A stretch of 64,000 nucleotides of DNA from Octopus bimaculoides. Taxonomy: Eukaryota. Below the pieces are notes generated by a model, which ran no database searches, was not told the origin of the DNA, and saw only the letters and a list, made by a program, of their open reading frames with translations. Location of the stretch: positions 170,709,316 through 170,773,315 of the forward strand of contig NC_068981.1 of NCBI RefSeq assembly GCF_001194135.2. Direction: 5' to 3'. Made by a program: the position numbers and the translations under genes. The stretch's first letter is position 1, and each line of letters starts with the position of its first letter. This document shows positions 13,695 through 26,047 of this stretch, in pieces.

Positions 13695-13880
13695 GGCGCA
13701 GGCATAGCTGTCTGGATACACAGGCGTTACTGTTTGGTAAAGAGCTTGCTTTCCAACCACATGGTTCCAGATTAAGTCCCCCTGAGTGACATCTTGGGCA
13801 AGTATTTCTACTATGGCCTCCGGCTGACCAAGCCTGTGTGGGTGGATTTGTTAAACGGAATTTGCGGTGAATATTTTGTC
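13695..13880 (+). mobile_element. tRNA-derived SINE, family B, 5' part
   Basis: A GGCGCAGGC head with tRNA A/B-box-like segments precedes CTTGGGCAAGT..CTACTAT.GCC..GG.TGACCAAGCC..GTG.GTGGATTTG. It is homologous to 51745-51895. Confidence 0.75.
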
Positions 13881-13899
13881 GTCTCAATTACGCAAAAAT

Positions 13900-14580
13900 G
13901 AACGTGACTCTGATATTTTGTTTTATCAGATATATTTACCAAACTTACATAAAAATATCTTGAAATACTAAATAGTAAATTTATTCAATAAAATCACCGT
14001 TGGCTTCAACCATGACTTCAGAATTTCCTCCAACTCTTGTGGACGGTCTCCTTGTTTAAATTGGCGAATGCTGCCTTAAGTTCATCTTTCGTGTTGCAAG
14101 AAGTTTTGTTGATCGCTCTCTCAACGGCGCTCCTGCAGTCTGGGAAGCAAGGTGGCCAGATGTTAGGGGTGATGTGGTCGCAGAAATTGTCTGACACCCA
14201 TGTATGCCTCCGTGTTGAATGTGAGGCCGTGTAGGAAGATGAATGGATGCATAACGTCGCCATCACTACTATTCATTCCAAATACCATGACGTTGATGGA
14301 AGTTTTGATTTTTATCACTCTCGGTACATGCACTGTCTTCAGATTGACACCCCAAAACTCTGAAATGTTCGCATTGGAGCTTCCGGTGTGATTACCGTGC
14401 AGTACAGCATGTCGTCTCCAAATTTCTGGCAGAGTGAATTGCGTCGTGGTGCTGTTTTCCTCATAGACGGTGCACAGCTGAACCTATTATACTGTGTAGT
14501 CGACAAGATCAAACACAAACAATGCGCATGCGCGATATAAAACATATAAAATGGTGACAATTCCCGAGCGTCATACTAAT
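13900..14580 (-). mobile_element. Internally deleted maT/Tc1-like DNA transposon, copy 1
   Basis: The minus frames give WVSDNFCDHITPNIWPP..PDC..AVER..NKT.CNTKDELKAAF.NLNKETV plus an N-terminal fragment. The 5' terminal motif is GGGAATTGTCACCATTT. It is homologous to 46027-46445. Confidence 0.75.
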
Positions 14581-14689
14581 ATATACTTTTGTTATTTACA
14601 CCACCTGTCCTCGTCTGTTGTTATTTTTTGTATATTCTCCCATATATATATATATATATACATTGTATATATACACACATGTGGGTGCG

Positions 14690-14850
14690 AGTGTCTTTGT
14701 GTCTATGTTTGGCCCCCACCATCGATAAACAACTGGTGTGGTATGCTTACAGGTAAATGCCAGGCTTAAAAATATAAATGCTGGAGTTGGTTCATTCGAC
14801 GGTGCCCCAGTGTGGTCGCAGGGAAGTGACTGAAACAAGTAAAAGGTAAA
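14690..14850 (+). mobile_element. SINE family B, 3' part
   Basis: It ends in CCAGTGTGGTCGCAG..AAGTGACTGAAACAAGTAAAAG, the same tail seen in reverse at 43200-43250. Confidence 0.6.
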
Positions 14851-16143
14851 AACATGTAAACATTTACAATAATGTTTATTATGTCTCCGTTTTGCGAGAA
14901 ATATAAGGTTTTATGTTTTCCATTGCATATGACTGAAAACTAGCGAAGATATATGTACGCTTACTGGGATGTAAATAATTCGTCATTTCATCTCGTAACT
15001 TACAACGATATTAAAATATCATGTGTAAACTATCAAAGCTCAGTCGTAATGTTGTATCGTTTAATATTTCCAGATTCAACGTTTATTTTTATGGAATATA
15101 TTTAAGTTCTAAATGTTGGAGGAAAGCTTATCGACGAGATATAAATCCATAACATAAGAAATTAAAAACAATAAATATTTCACTTTTTTATGCCTATATA
15201 GACTTAAGTGAAATACTTTCAGAAGTACATCATTCGTTTTTGAGAAGAACCGTGTTTTAATAAAAAAAAAAACAAAAAAAAAAACATACCTTTGACATCA
15301 TGTAGTAATGGTAATGCTACAAGAAAGGGATAATATGCACAATCGTCAAATACGTAAACTGCTGCATGCCGGAAAATTTAGAATGTAATATGCCTGTTAT
15401 GTTGTCTTCTTCGCATCAGCTGGAATTTAGTAATTTGCACATTATTCCGAGATTACAGCTGCCGAGTGTGAGAATTATTAAAAAGTAAATTACATAAATC
15501 TTTAAAATAACTCACATTATTACAGATAATTATTTCCTAAGCTTAACATTTTCATTTTTTTAATTTCAACTCAGTTGTTTAAGTAGTGTTCCTAAGGTTG
15601 TTATATTCAGATGATTTGTTCTTTAATTAACCAGAGTTAATCTCTTTTTAAACGAAAATTAATTTTTCACGTGCTGCAGATTACATCTGGAAAATAAACT
15701 TTTCCAGCATAGGGAAGGTACACATATACACACAGCTATATGTAAATATGTGTGTGCATGTGGGTGTGAGCGCGCATACGTGTGCGCGTGTTTGTGACAC
15801 TTTTTAAGGTTATCTTAAAAGATTTTCTTTACAAATTAGAGCCAGTACTGATTCGTTACGATGTTTCGCATACGAATATGTCTATTGTAAAGAATGCAAT
15901 TGACGACAGAAAAGAACGTAATGGCGTATATCCATACTTCAGTTCCTGCTCCAGAAACGCTATAGGAATAACATTAAGAAGTAAATAGCACTCCTAACAC
16001 AAGCGAGGTATAATATTAACTCATAAGAGTTTAATAAACTTAGCAGTATATCATGGTTGCATAATGAAATACAGTGTCCTTACTAGCAATTAATATATGT
16101 GCGTATATATGTATGTATGTATGTATGTATGCATATACGTATG

Positions 16144-16685
16144 TCACTATTCGGTTTTATTTTAAGATTTCTCCGCAATGGAGAGAGAGCTGGTTTCTAA
16201 CCTAAATCCCAGGCTCCTTCATTGGATTTTTCAACATCAACTGGGTATTTTTGTATGTATGCATGTATGTATGTATGTATGTATGTATATATGTATGTAA
16301 GGATATGTGGAGATTTGTATGTTTTGTTTTATGCATGTGTTCTCATGCATATACATGTATATCTAGACATGCTCATTGATACTTAAATAATAAACTTCAT
16401 GAAAGTTTTCAAGATTTTTACAATTCCAATGATGGCTTGGATTTGTAGTCTTCGAATCAACTTCCTTCTTTCTGGTTTTCAGAAGCCTAATTTCTCAAGA
16501 TTCGTATTTAGGTAGTGTGTTACATGTTCCAGTGCCTCAATAATTACAGGTATAAACCTGAACTTGCAGGCTGGGTAGACTCGCTGTAGATTCCTCGATA
16601 GTTCAGTGTAGGTATTTTCTTTTTTGCTCACACTTAGCTTTAAACTAACATCCGCTGGGCAGCTGATTTCCACAACTGTCCACAA
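16144..16685 (-). mobile_element. 5'-truncated REL-endonuclease non-LTR retrotransposon (R4/Dong-like), CATA-associated family, copy 1
   Basis: The frame TVVEISCPADVSLKLSVSKKENTYTELSRNLQRVYP..KFRFIPVIIEAL matches copy 2, and the 3' UTR is shared. (CATA)n-type arrays flank both sides. Confidence 0.85.
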
Positions 16686-16850
16686 ATGTATGAATGCACG
16701 TATGTATGTACGTACGTACGTATGTATGTATGTATGTATGTGTGTACGTATGTATGTCTACGGTTATTATTGTTATAACTGTAGCGTGTGACACCAATGC
16801 ACAAAATACAGTTTATGTAGTGATAAGTTGACTTTCGTTCCATAAAATTT

Positions 16851-16910
16851 ACAGCAGCAGCAGAGGTAGCAACGGCAACGGCAACGGCAGCGGCAACGGC
16901 AACGGCAGCG

Positions 16911-16944
<34 letters not shown>

Positions 16945-16957
16945 TAGTAGTAGTAGC

Positions 16958-17020
<63 letters not shown>
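16851..17020. repeat. Compound (CAG)/(CAACGG)/(TAG)n microsatellite
   Basis: Direct reading. Confidence 0.95.
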
Positions 17021-17021
<1 letters not shown>

Positions 17022-18029
17022 ATTTTTGTTCATGTCGTTGTTGTTGTTGTTGATAGTGGTAGTGGTGGTGGTGGTGCGGCTGCTACTGGTGTTGTTGCTG
17101 GTGCTGGTGCTGGTGCTAGTGTTGGTTTTTGCTGCGGTGGCTGAGAATGGTGACTGTCCTGCTGATATTGGTGTATGAGGCGTTAGTAGCGATGATAAGA
17201 TTATATCAGACGTACAGGACGTGTTTTATTTGGCTTGATATGTTTCACAAAACGGTTTGTCGTCCACGCCAAGAAGAGATTATACAAATGCTATCTCACC
17301 ATCAGTATGAATATCCAAAACAAAATAAACAGTGTAGTATCTATGATAACAGTGGCAAGAGAAAATGTCAACGTTAGCTATCGGTGTTAATAATGATGTA
17401 TCTGAATGTAATTAAGTTGAACTACATAGATCTAAATGATGAATTTAATCATGTCAATATTGTAATCTAGATTGTATAATGAATACATTAATTCATATTA
17501 ATTTCGTGAATGTATATATGTTGCTATTTCCTTTAATGTGTATAAGTGGCTCTGTAGCAACTCTTCTCTGTTGATTTGTATGCTTACTTGTTAGTTTTAT
17601 CATGAACGTGATTAAATACATTATCCCCGCCTGTTTTTTTTTTTCTTCTTTTTGTCTTTTCTATGGAACGTATGACATTTATCTGAATCATTTACAAGCC
17701 GAAGTAAATAGTAATATATGACGGCAGTCTCAAATTAATACAAGTCATCCTTCCGCTCGATTAGTTTCGATTAATCACATTATCTTTGACGATTTATCCG
17801 AGTTAATTTTGGAGGAGGAAAAGAAAAGACTGAGTACTAGAGTAAGAAATAGTCAATTGGTAATTAATAATAGCAAATCTGAATGCCGTGTAGTGATATA
17901 ACAGAACTGCATAAAGGATCAGTTCCAAAGATTCATAGAAAATGTATCTTATCTACTTGAAAGAATTAAGAGTTAACCTGCGATCTACTATTTTAAAAAA
18001 TCACAAAATTTTTTTCAGTCATATTGATT

Positions 18030-20295
18030 ACACAGTGAAGCATGTATAACAATCTTCTCCTATATCTTTGGTCTGCATTCGGGAATTGTTTTATCTATAT
18101 TTAAATTCATGGATGTGATGTTACATATTCTAGGTTGCTGATTTTAAATATCTAAACCATTTTGCTCTGTCACATAAGGATGTTGAATAAAATACAAATT
18201 AATAATAATAAAGTGTTACTTTATTAAAATGAAGCAAGTAATCAAAACAAAGCACATTCTGTTAGTCTTAAGAATGTATGTTTTCCAAATCAACATGAAA
18301 TGAACCACGATCATCATAAGATGAATCAGAATTATCAACATCAAACCAAATGAATGTAAAAAATATTCTCCTAATAGTTAGCTTACATATTGATTCAAAG
18401 GAAGGAGGACCGCTTTGATTTCTGCTTGTGCTGTGCATCGGGACCCTCACGTTTCAAGGCCCAGCAATAATCCGCCGTAATGCTGACATTACATTTGCCC
18501 TGGTATCGAGTTTTCATGGTGCAAATGTCTTGATGGAACCGCTCTCCTTCTTCCTCACTGTGTTCCCCACAATTCTTGGGAAAACAGTCAAGATGCGAGT
18601 GCAAAAAAATGCATCTTTACAATTATTCTAGACCTATGTTGCTGGAAACTTGATATCAGGTCTTGGATCATTTTTTCATATTTTGAGGAATGGCTGTTTC
18701 CCAAGACGTTTTGGACAATCTTCTTGAAAGAAAACCAGGCATTCACTCCGACACCTGCTAATGCTTCTTGAAACTGATTGTCCCTCATTAATCCCCGAAT
18801 CAGAGGACCAACAAAGATTCTTTTAGCTTGCCTTCACATATACGAGAAAATTTTGACTTCAGGTACTTCAAAGCAGCTCCATTATTGTTCAGGGCCCTTA
18901 CAAAATTTTCATAAACCCTAATTTGATGTGCGTGCAGTGGTAGCAGCAAAATTGTTTGCGGTTCAACTAGTTGCACAGATTTCACGTTGTCACTTCCGGG
19001 TAAGAGGCTGATTCTTGGTGACGAGTCGTTTTGTTCATAGTGATGGCTGTCTGCGCTACTATCCCAAACACACAGAACACAGGGATACTTAGTGTATCCC
19101 CCTTTAAGACCTACTAGGAGAGCAGTAACTTTTAAATCACCACAAATGAGAAAATTGTGATTATGATACTTGATTGCATTTATAACTGTTTACATATTTT
19201 TGTACGTTTCTGGCATTTGGACACTATGCCAATTAGTAGAGATGCAGGTGTGTTGCCATTGTAGAGAAGAACAACCTTTAAACTTATGTTAGAAGATTCA
19301 ATGAAGAACCTCCATTCATCTGCTTTGTACAACATCCCCATGTGCTCAATAAGGCCAGGAATATTTGAACAGAAAACTAAAGAATCCTTTTTATCAAAGA
19401 ACTGAGTGAAATCCGCTTCACTATGACGGTACCAAGTGAATGTCGTTCCAGGTACTAGAGGCTTGTGTTCCTGCTGTCTAGAGCCAAGTAACTGCATTTT
19501 CTCTTGGAAGAATAAGGCTGCTAACCAAGTCATTGAGCTCAACTTGGTTGAAGAATTTGGGATCATCATTTGTTGGTGGCTCATAGTCTACTTCCATCTC
19601 ATTAGTATCACCAGTATCAGACTCTGATGAAATTTCCCGTGTCTTGGGTGGCACAGGCACAGGAATATCATCTGAGTGTAGAACAGGCCTTATTGATGAA
19701 GGAATATTTGGGTATATTATGCGATGTTTAATCTTCTTGTTGAACCCATTACTTTAGTCATACAAAAGTAGCAGTCATCATAGTGGTTCATCTGCTCCCG
19801 CCATACCATTGGTACTCCAAAGGGCGTACATCTAATTTTTCCTAGTGATCATATTTGAAGCTTACTAATGCAACTCTTGCAAGCTTGGCGAAGTCCAAAT
19901 AGCTTGTCCTGGTCTCCCAGTTTGCAGCCATAGCAGCGATTCAACTAAGGAGTAAAATTTCTCCGGCAATCTGAAGGGGTGAATTGCCCGCAGACATAGC
20001 AGAATCTATCTGGTGAATTGATGCAGCCCCTAGACATATTCACAGACTGAAAATAAAGACAATATATTAGATTTAACGTCCAAGTCAATATAAGGTAAGC
20101 ATGTTAATTTATCATTTACTTATGTTAAACCAAAAGAGAAAAGTAAAGTCTCGATATAACTTAACAACCTGATGTGATAGAGATGAATAAAGAACACGAT
20201 GACTCATTATTTCTCATACATATTCAGAAAAAGATACCATACGACCAATAAAAAAATCTGGCAGATTTGTGTTTCTGATCTTCAAACACTGATAA
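18030..20295 (-). mobile_element. Chapaev3-type (CMC superfamily) DNA transposon, decayed; transposase about 20037 to 18395
   Basis: The N-terminus from ATG at 20037 reads MSRGCINSPDRFCYVCGQFT...YGCKLGDQDK...CKSC...PFGVPMVWREQ.NHYDDCYFC. The C-terminus reads HSHLDCFPKNCGEHSEEEGERFHQDI.TM..RYQG......DYCW. Inverted subterminal motifs lie at ~18165 (CTCTGTCACATAAGG) and ~20170 (CCTGATGTGATAGAG). There are many stops and frameshifts, and the outer limits are approximate. Confidence 0.85.
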
Positions 20296-20981
20296 GGAGG
20301 AAGTTATTTACAAACCTGACACTTGTATTGAATGCTTGCAGCAATAGATACTCTGCATGCAAAAGTCCCTAAGCACGGGTGATCGACTAATATAATACTA
20401 GACTAAAAATGAAGAATTTTCCCTTTGACTATGAGTCAAGTCAAATTACTAAACTAATCAACTGTAAATAAATACCAGGGATACTAGTAGGCACTTACTC
20501 CCGCTTCAAAATTTCCGCACATGTGAAACAGTAGGTGCCTTTTAATGTCAATCAAACTGAATGATTTCATTATTGTTTAACAATTTATTAGGTTCTGCAC
20601 ACAACTTTCCAGTTTGCCGTATGTCTGCCGCGATCAGTGTTTATAAAATAGATGTGTTTGTTGTTAATGGAAAGAGAAAAGATCTGATTAACTGTTTACT
20701 ACTTTTATCCAAAACAGTTCAACACTACTTACCACAGATTACATTTTTGCTCAGCCATGGTGAACTCTAGACAACAACGGACATAACTTAACGAAGAATA
20801 CATCGGTAAATGTGCTTCACATGTATATATATGTGTATATATATGTGTATGTGTGTGTGTTTGTGTATAGTTATAGTTTCGTTTGGTGATGGAATCAGAT
20901 TTAATCAATTGTTGTTGTGAAGAGAAGTGGATTCCATCAAACGCTTTTATCGAAAGTGCATTCCAGAGAAACAGAGTCTCA

Positions 20982-21481
20982 ATTTAATAATAATAGCTTA
21001 CTATCAGCGTAATGAGTGTGCATCTTTTAAAGAAAAATCTTCTGTGGTTTGCTTTTGCAATTCAGTCACGACTCAAAATGTTTGATCATTAACTTCACAT
21101 TCATTGAGCTTTGGCAGTGTTAAAATGTTGAAAAGTATAAATTCTCAAATTCTGATAAGTTAACAAAAATGTACATAACAAAAGATACCATATAAACTTT
21201 CATAGACTAGAAAGCGTAAAGCTAATTAAAATGAATATATATTTTCACAGACAGCAATGAAATATAAAAATTTTGGAGTAGATGTTTTCTTAATAAATGG
21301 GCATGCTCATTTAATAATAATAGCTTACTATCAGCGTAATGAGTGTGCATCTTTTAAAGAAAAATCTTCTGTGGTTTGCTTTTGCAATTCAGTCACGACT
21401 CAAAATGTTTGATCATTAACTTCACATTCATTGAGCTTTGGCAGTGTTAAAATGTTGAAAAGTATAAATTCTCAAATTCTG
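20982..21481 (+). repeat. Identical ~173-bp direct duplication (20982-21154 = 21309-21481)
   Basis: The two copies read identically, and the second ends exactly at a gap. Confidence 0.9.
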
Positions 21482-22725
21482 NNNNNNNNNNNNNNNNNNN
21501 NNNNNNNNNNNNNNNNNNNNNNNNNNNNNNNNNNNNNNNNNNNNNNNNNNNNNNNNNNNNNNNNNNNNNNNNNNNNNNNNNNNNNNNNNNNNNNNNNNNN
21601 NNNNNNNNNNNNNNNNNNNNNNNNNNNNNNNNNNNNNNNNNNNNNNNNNNNNNNNNNNNNNNNNNNNNNNNNNNNNNNNNNNNNNNNNNNNNNNNNNNNN
21701 NNNNNNNNNNNNNNNNNNNNNNNNNNNNNNNNNNNNNNNNNNNNNNNNNNNNNNNNNNNNNNNNNNNNNNNNNNNNNNNNNNNNNNNNNNNNNNNNNNNN
21801 NNNNNNNNNNNNNNNNNNNNNNNNNNNNNNNNNNNNNNNNNNNNNNNNNNNNNNNNNNNNNNNNNNNNNNNNNNNNNNNNNNNNNNNNNNNNNNNNNNNN
21901 NNNNNNNNNNNNNNNNNNNNNNNNNNNNNNNNNNNNNNNNNNNNNNNNNNNNNNCATATATACATACATATATAGATGTATCTGTGTGTGCGTATGCATA
22001 TCCTTATGGTTGTGTCCGATGAATATTTGTGTGTAGTGTGTTTGCCTGTTTATAAATCTAGCGTCTTGTTTGGCGCACGTGTTTCTTTTCTGATCCATAT
22101 TGCTGTTTATATATGTGCATGAACGTATTTGAGTTTCATACATACGTGTTTATTTATACATAAGAGTGTACATGTGTGTAGCCTTATTAATGGTTATTAT
22201 ATACTTGCATATACGCAAACATATACATTCAATTCAACTATCCGCGCGTGCAGACGCATAAAACACACGCGGTTTATGTGATGTTGTACTTTGTGGAGAC
22301 CATGTTATAAAAATCATATGCAAATTCCAGTGTAAAGTTTTAGCGGTTGTATGACTGACATTCAAATATTGAGGCCAACTGGGGTTTTTTATAGTTGTTA
22401 CAAATGTCAAATCGTTTGTATAAATAACAGGTTTGCGCATAGGTCATAACGCTGGGAAAACAATGACGTAAACGATTTTGAGGTAAGAAAATATTAAAAC
22501 AAAATGCGATAGTAACGACCGAGTATACGATCATGACGCTGCAGTTCTGCAACCATTGCTGCTGTTTCTTGTGCCACTGGTGCTGATTGTGTTAATTGTG
22601 CTACCGATACAGTTGCTGTTAATGAATGTGATCGCAATGAGGATTAATATTTTGATGTTCACGAAGATGATAATGAGGATCATTAACATTGAGATGATGT
22701 AGCCGATGACTTCAGCTCCTGCTGC

Positions 22726-22742
22726 TGCAGCAGCAGCAGCAA

Positions 22743-22827
<85 letters not shown>

Positions 22828-22991
22828 GGTGGTGGTGGTGGTGGTGGTGGTGATGGATGGTGTTAGTAGTAGTAGTAGTAGTAGTAGTAGTNNNNNNNNN
22901 NNNNNNNNNNNNNNNNNNNNNNNNNNNNNNNNNNNNNNNNNGTAGTGTTAGCATTAGTGTCAGTGTTTTACGGTTGTGATCATGTTAGTAC

Positions 22992-23031
<40 letters not shown>
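22726..23031. repeat. Compound (CAG)/(TAG)n/(TGG)n microsatellite with gap
   Basis: Direct reading; it explains the poly-V/poly-S/poly-Y/poly-H ORFs. Confidence 0.95.
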
Positions 23032-23033
<2 letters not shown>

Positions 23034-23249
23034 AATTTTTTTTGTCGTTGTTTTGTTGTGGTTTAGCTACTTCAGCAGCATCTGCAGCTGCGAATACGGT
23101 ATGTCTGAAAAATGGCAGCGAATGTGGTGATGGTAATGATGGCAATACCAGAGACCATTCTATTGATTTCTAACATAACCAGAAAATTGCAATTAATGAG
23201 TATTACATTGGCGTTCGTGTGGGTCGGCATTACTCCAGTAACAGGGGGA

Positions 23250-24700
23250 TAGTAGAGTAAATATGGTGTGATTATTAATTATTTCAACTTACAATCTTAG
23301 TACAAATTCTGTCACAAGTGAATTTGACTGTATTTCTTCCGATACGAATAGAACAAAACCTATCCAACCCTAGATTATGTAATTGGGTATGCTTTGTAAC
23401 TAATTTAACACTAATTATAACATTGTTGATGTTGATGCCGTTGCGGTTGTGCAACCGCAGTTTAGACTTGATCGAACAGTAGGTAGCTACACCTGTAGCT
23501 TTTGGAAACACGAGTTAAGCCATAGACAATCATAATGTTAGTTTTGTCATGCCACCTCATAGCTAAGTAGTATTATGCCCACCTATATGCAGTTGTGAAT
23601 CTCATTGAATGCATATTGAAAGCTGATCAGTGATGGAGGTGTTTATATATCGCTGTAGACCCTGGATTAATTGTTCCTTTTCCACTGTTATTGTTGGAGT
23701 ATGTAAGCCAGTGTAGTAATTATAGGCAGTAAAGTGGTCGCTGTTACAAATATATTTTATTGATATGTTTCTTTTGCGTGACAAAGATGAAAGCTCTTGG
23801 GCGTGGTATGAGCATTAGAATGGATAGAGGTGACTTTTACATGCACTGATAGGAACAGTGTGAATTGAATACGGTTCCCACAGCAAAGTGTATCCCGAAC
23901 ATATCCAAGGGATTCTCTGGTTTTAACATTCTTGGTTCGTTGTGTATACGTGAGTTAGGTAAAATGTGATAAGATGCGCAATGTGCCATTATGTGTTCTT
24001 CGTAGTTTTTCATGGATTATAAAAAGTGTTGGAATAGCATAATCAGGCAGAACTAGCAACATCCATGGTGAATCTAATGTATTTCTTGTACACTCTTGAA
24101 TTGATTAGCATATATAGTGTCTCTAATTTGCCAAAGTAAATTTCTTCATTGTTTTACACATATAACCATCCGTGCGTATTGTGACTACTGTGTTTAGGTA
24201 AAATAGATTTATTAATCGTTTTGTATTCTCTACTTTATATGGTTTTTAGTAGCTGACGTTAGAAGGTCTGATAAGGGCATTCACATTGCAAAAGCTATAT
24301 GAGATATTCTTTGATCTCGACACTACATTATGTTCTGAAATGGCTATTGTTATTGATGCTGCTAATTACATAATATATGATATTTTATTGTTCATTTTGT
24401 GGTTTATATAGTTTTCAGCTGTTGATAGTCATTGCACTGAGAGGACAACAACGAGTATATTAAGATAATGAAGAGGATGAGAAAATAGGAGGAAGAGGAG
24501 AAAAGGGAGGAGGTGGAATTAAGGTTGATGGAGACTAGCAAGCAATAGTGCAGAAGCTTGTTGTTTAACTGCCGAAATAGAAGTGCGGTTAGCATGTTCG
24601 CTTCTTCAATATATGTTACCGTGTTTGATCACGATAACATATATCGAAGCTGTAAGATTTTGAATTTCTTCCTATAATAATATTTGTATATGACTTGAGA
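23250..24700 (-). pseudogene. Possible highly decayed APE-type LINE (ORF1 end and endonuclease start)
   Basis: The minus strand has weak motifs only (SVQEIH*, similar to VQETHL; EEIQNL and Y.EEA ORF1-like pieces). Family assignment is uncertain. Confidence 0.25.
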
Positions 24701-24880
24701 TGTTTGCCTTGTCTTAATGTTTGATGTCTTGTTGAAAAATTATACATCTCCTGCATCGGAAATCTGCAATGGCTCCATAACTATCGTCTCGGCTATTACC
24801 TTCGAGTCCCAGTAATCCGTTACAGCACTTACTTAGCGTACCTAATCGTTTGGATCACCTGTGAATTAAACCTCCATACG

Positions 24881-24911
<31 letters not shown>

Positions 24912-25098
24912 NNNNNNNNNNNNNNNNNNNNNNNNNNNNNNNNNNNNNNNNNNNNNNNNNNNNNNNNNNNNNNNNNNNNNNNNNNNNNNNNNNNNNNNNN
25001 NNNNNNNNNNNNNNNNNNNNNNNNNNNNNNNNNNNNNNNNNNNNNNNNNNNNNNNNNNNNNNNNNNNNNNNNNNNNNNNNNNTATGTATGTATATATA

Positions 25099-26047
25099 TA
25101 TCAGTTTGGTAAGAAAGGTCTTGGTCACTTTTAAAATATCATTTTATTAATAATTAAAAAAACAACAAACAACAATCAATCGAAAAGGTAATCGCCATCG
25201 TTATCGATCACCTTTTGCCATTTTTCAGGCAAAGGTTTGAATCTTTTCATCCAGAAATCGCGTGGCTTTGAATCAATAAAGTCGTAAAGAAACGATTTCA
25301 CATCTTCGTTTTCGAACTCTGTTTCGCCAATCGCGCGTTGTATGGCAGAGAATAAGTGATAGTCAGAAAGGGCAAGGTCAGGAAAATACGGTGGGTGCAC
25401 CATAACTCCCAATCTGCCTCCATCAGTTTCTTTGACGTCTTCTTTGTACAATGTGCACACCACGGCAATCCCACCAAACTGAGATCATAACTTTCTTTGC
25501 ACAAGAAGTAGTTTTGGCGAAGTTTTCTGCTGTTGACCTTTGCTGCACCAGGATCGTCTGCGGCTCACGTTGGTGTACAGTACCCACTTTTCATCCATAT
25601 TTATTTCTTTATTGTCCACAGGGGGCTAAACATAGAGGGGACAAACAAGGACAGACAGGGATTAAGCCGATTATATCGACCCCAGTGCGTAACTGGTACT
25701 TATTTAATCGACCCCGAAAGGATGAAAGGCAAAGTCGACCTCGGTGGAATTTGAACTCAGAACGTAACGACAGACGAAATACCTTAAGCATTTCGACCGG
25801 CGTGCTAACGATTCTGCCAGTTCGCCGCCTTTTCATCCATATTGATTACTGACTCCAACCAATCGAATCTTCGGCTTCGCCAGACCAGACTTTCACATGC
25901 AGTGACACGTGCTTGTTTGTTCGCTTCAGTTAATTCATGTGGCACCTATTTTCCAAGCTTGCTTACCTTGCCAAGTCTTTATATAGTCACAATAGACAGC
26001 TAGGTGACGCTTATTGGTTGTCTAGGAACTTTCTTACCAATGTAATA
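25099..26047 (-). mobile_element. Mariner (DD34D-type) transposon remnant interrupted by a SINE
   Basis: The minus frames read LGK*VPHELTEANKQARV..C (WVPHEL), VINMDEKWVLY and HPPYFPDLALSDYHLF...KWQKVIDNDGDYLFD. Partial terminal inverted similarity TTGGTAAGAAAG occurs at both ends. Confidence 0.85.
25602..25828 (-). mobile_element. tRNA-derived SINE, family A, inserted in mariner
   Basis: It is homologous to 4092-4318 and has a perfect 15-bp TSD CTTTTCATCCATATT at 25587-25601 and 25829-25843. Confidence 0.92.
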
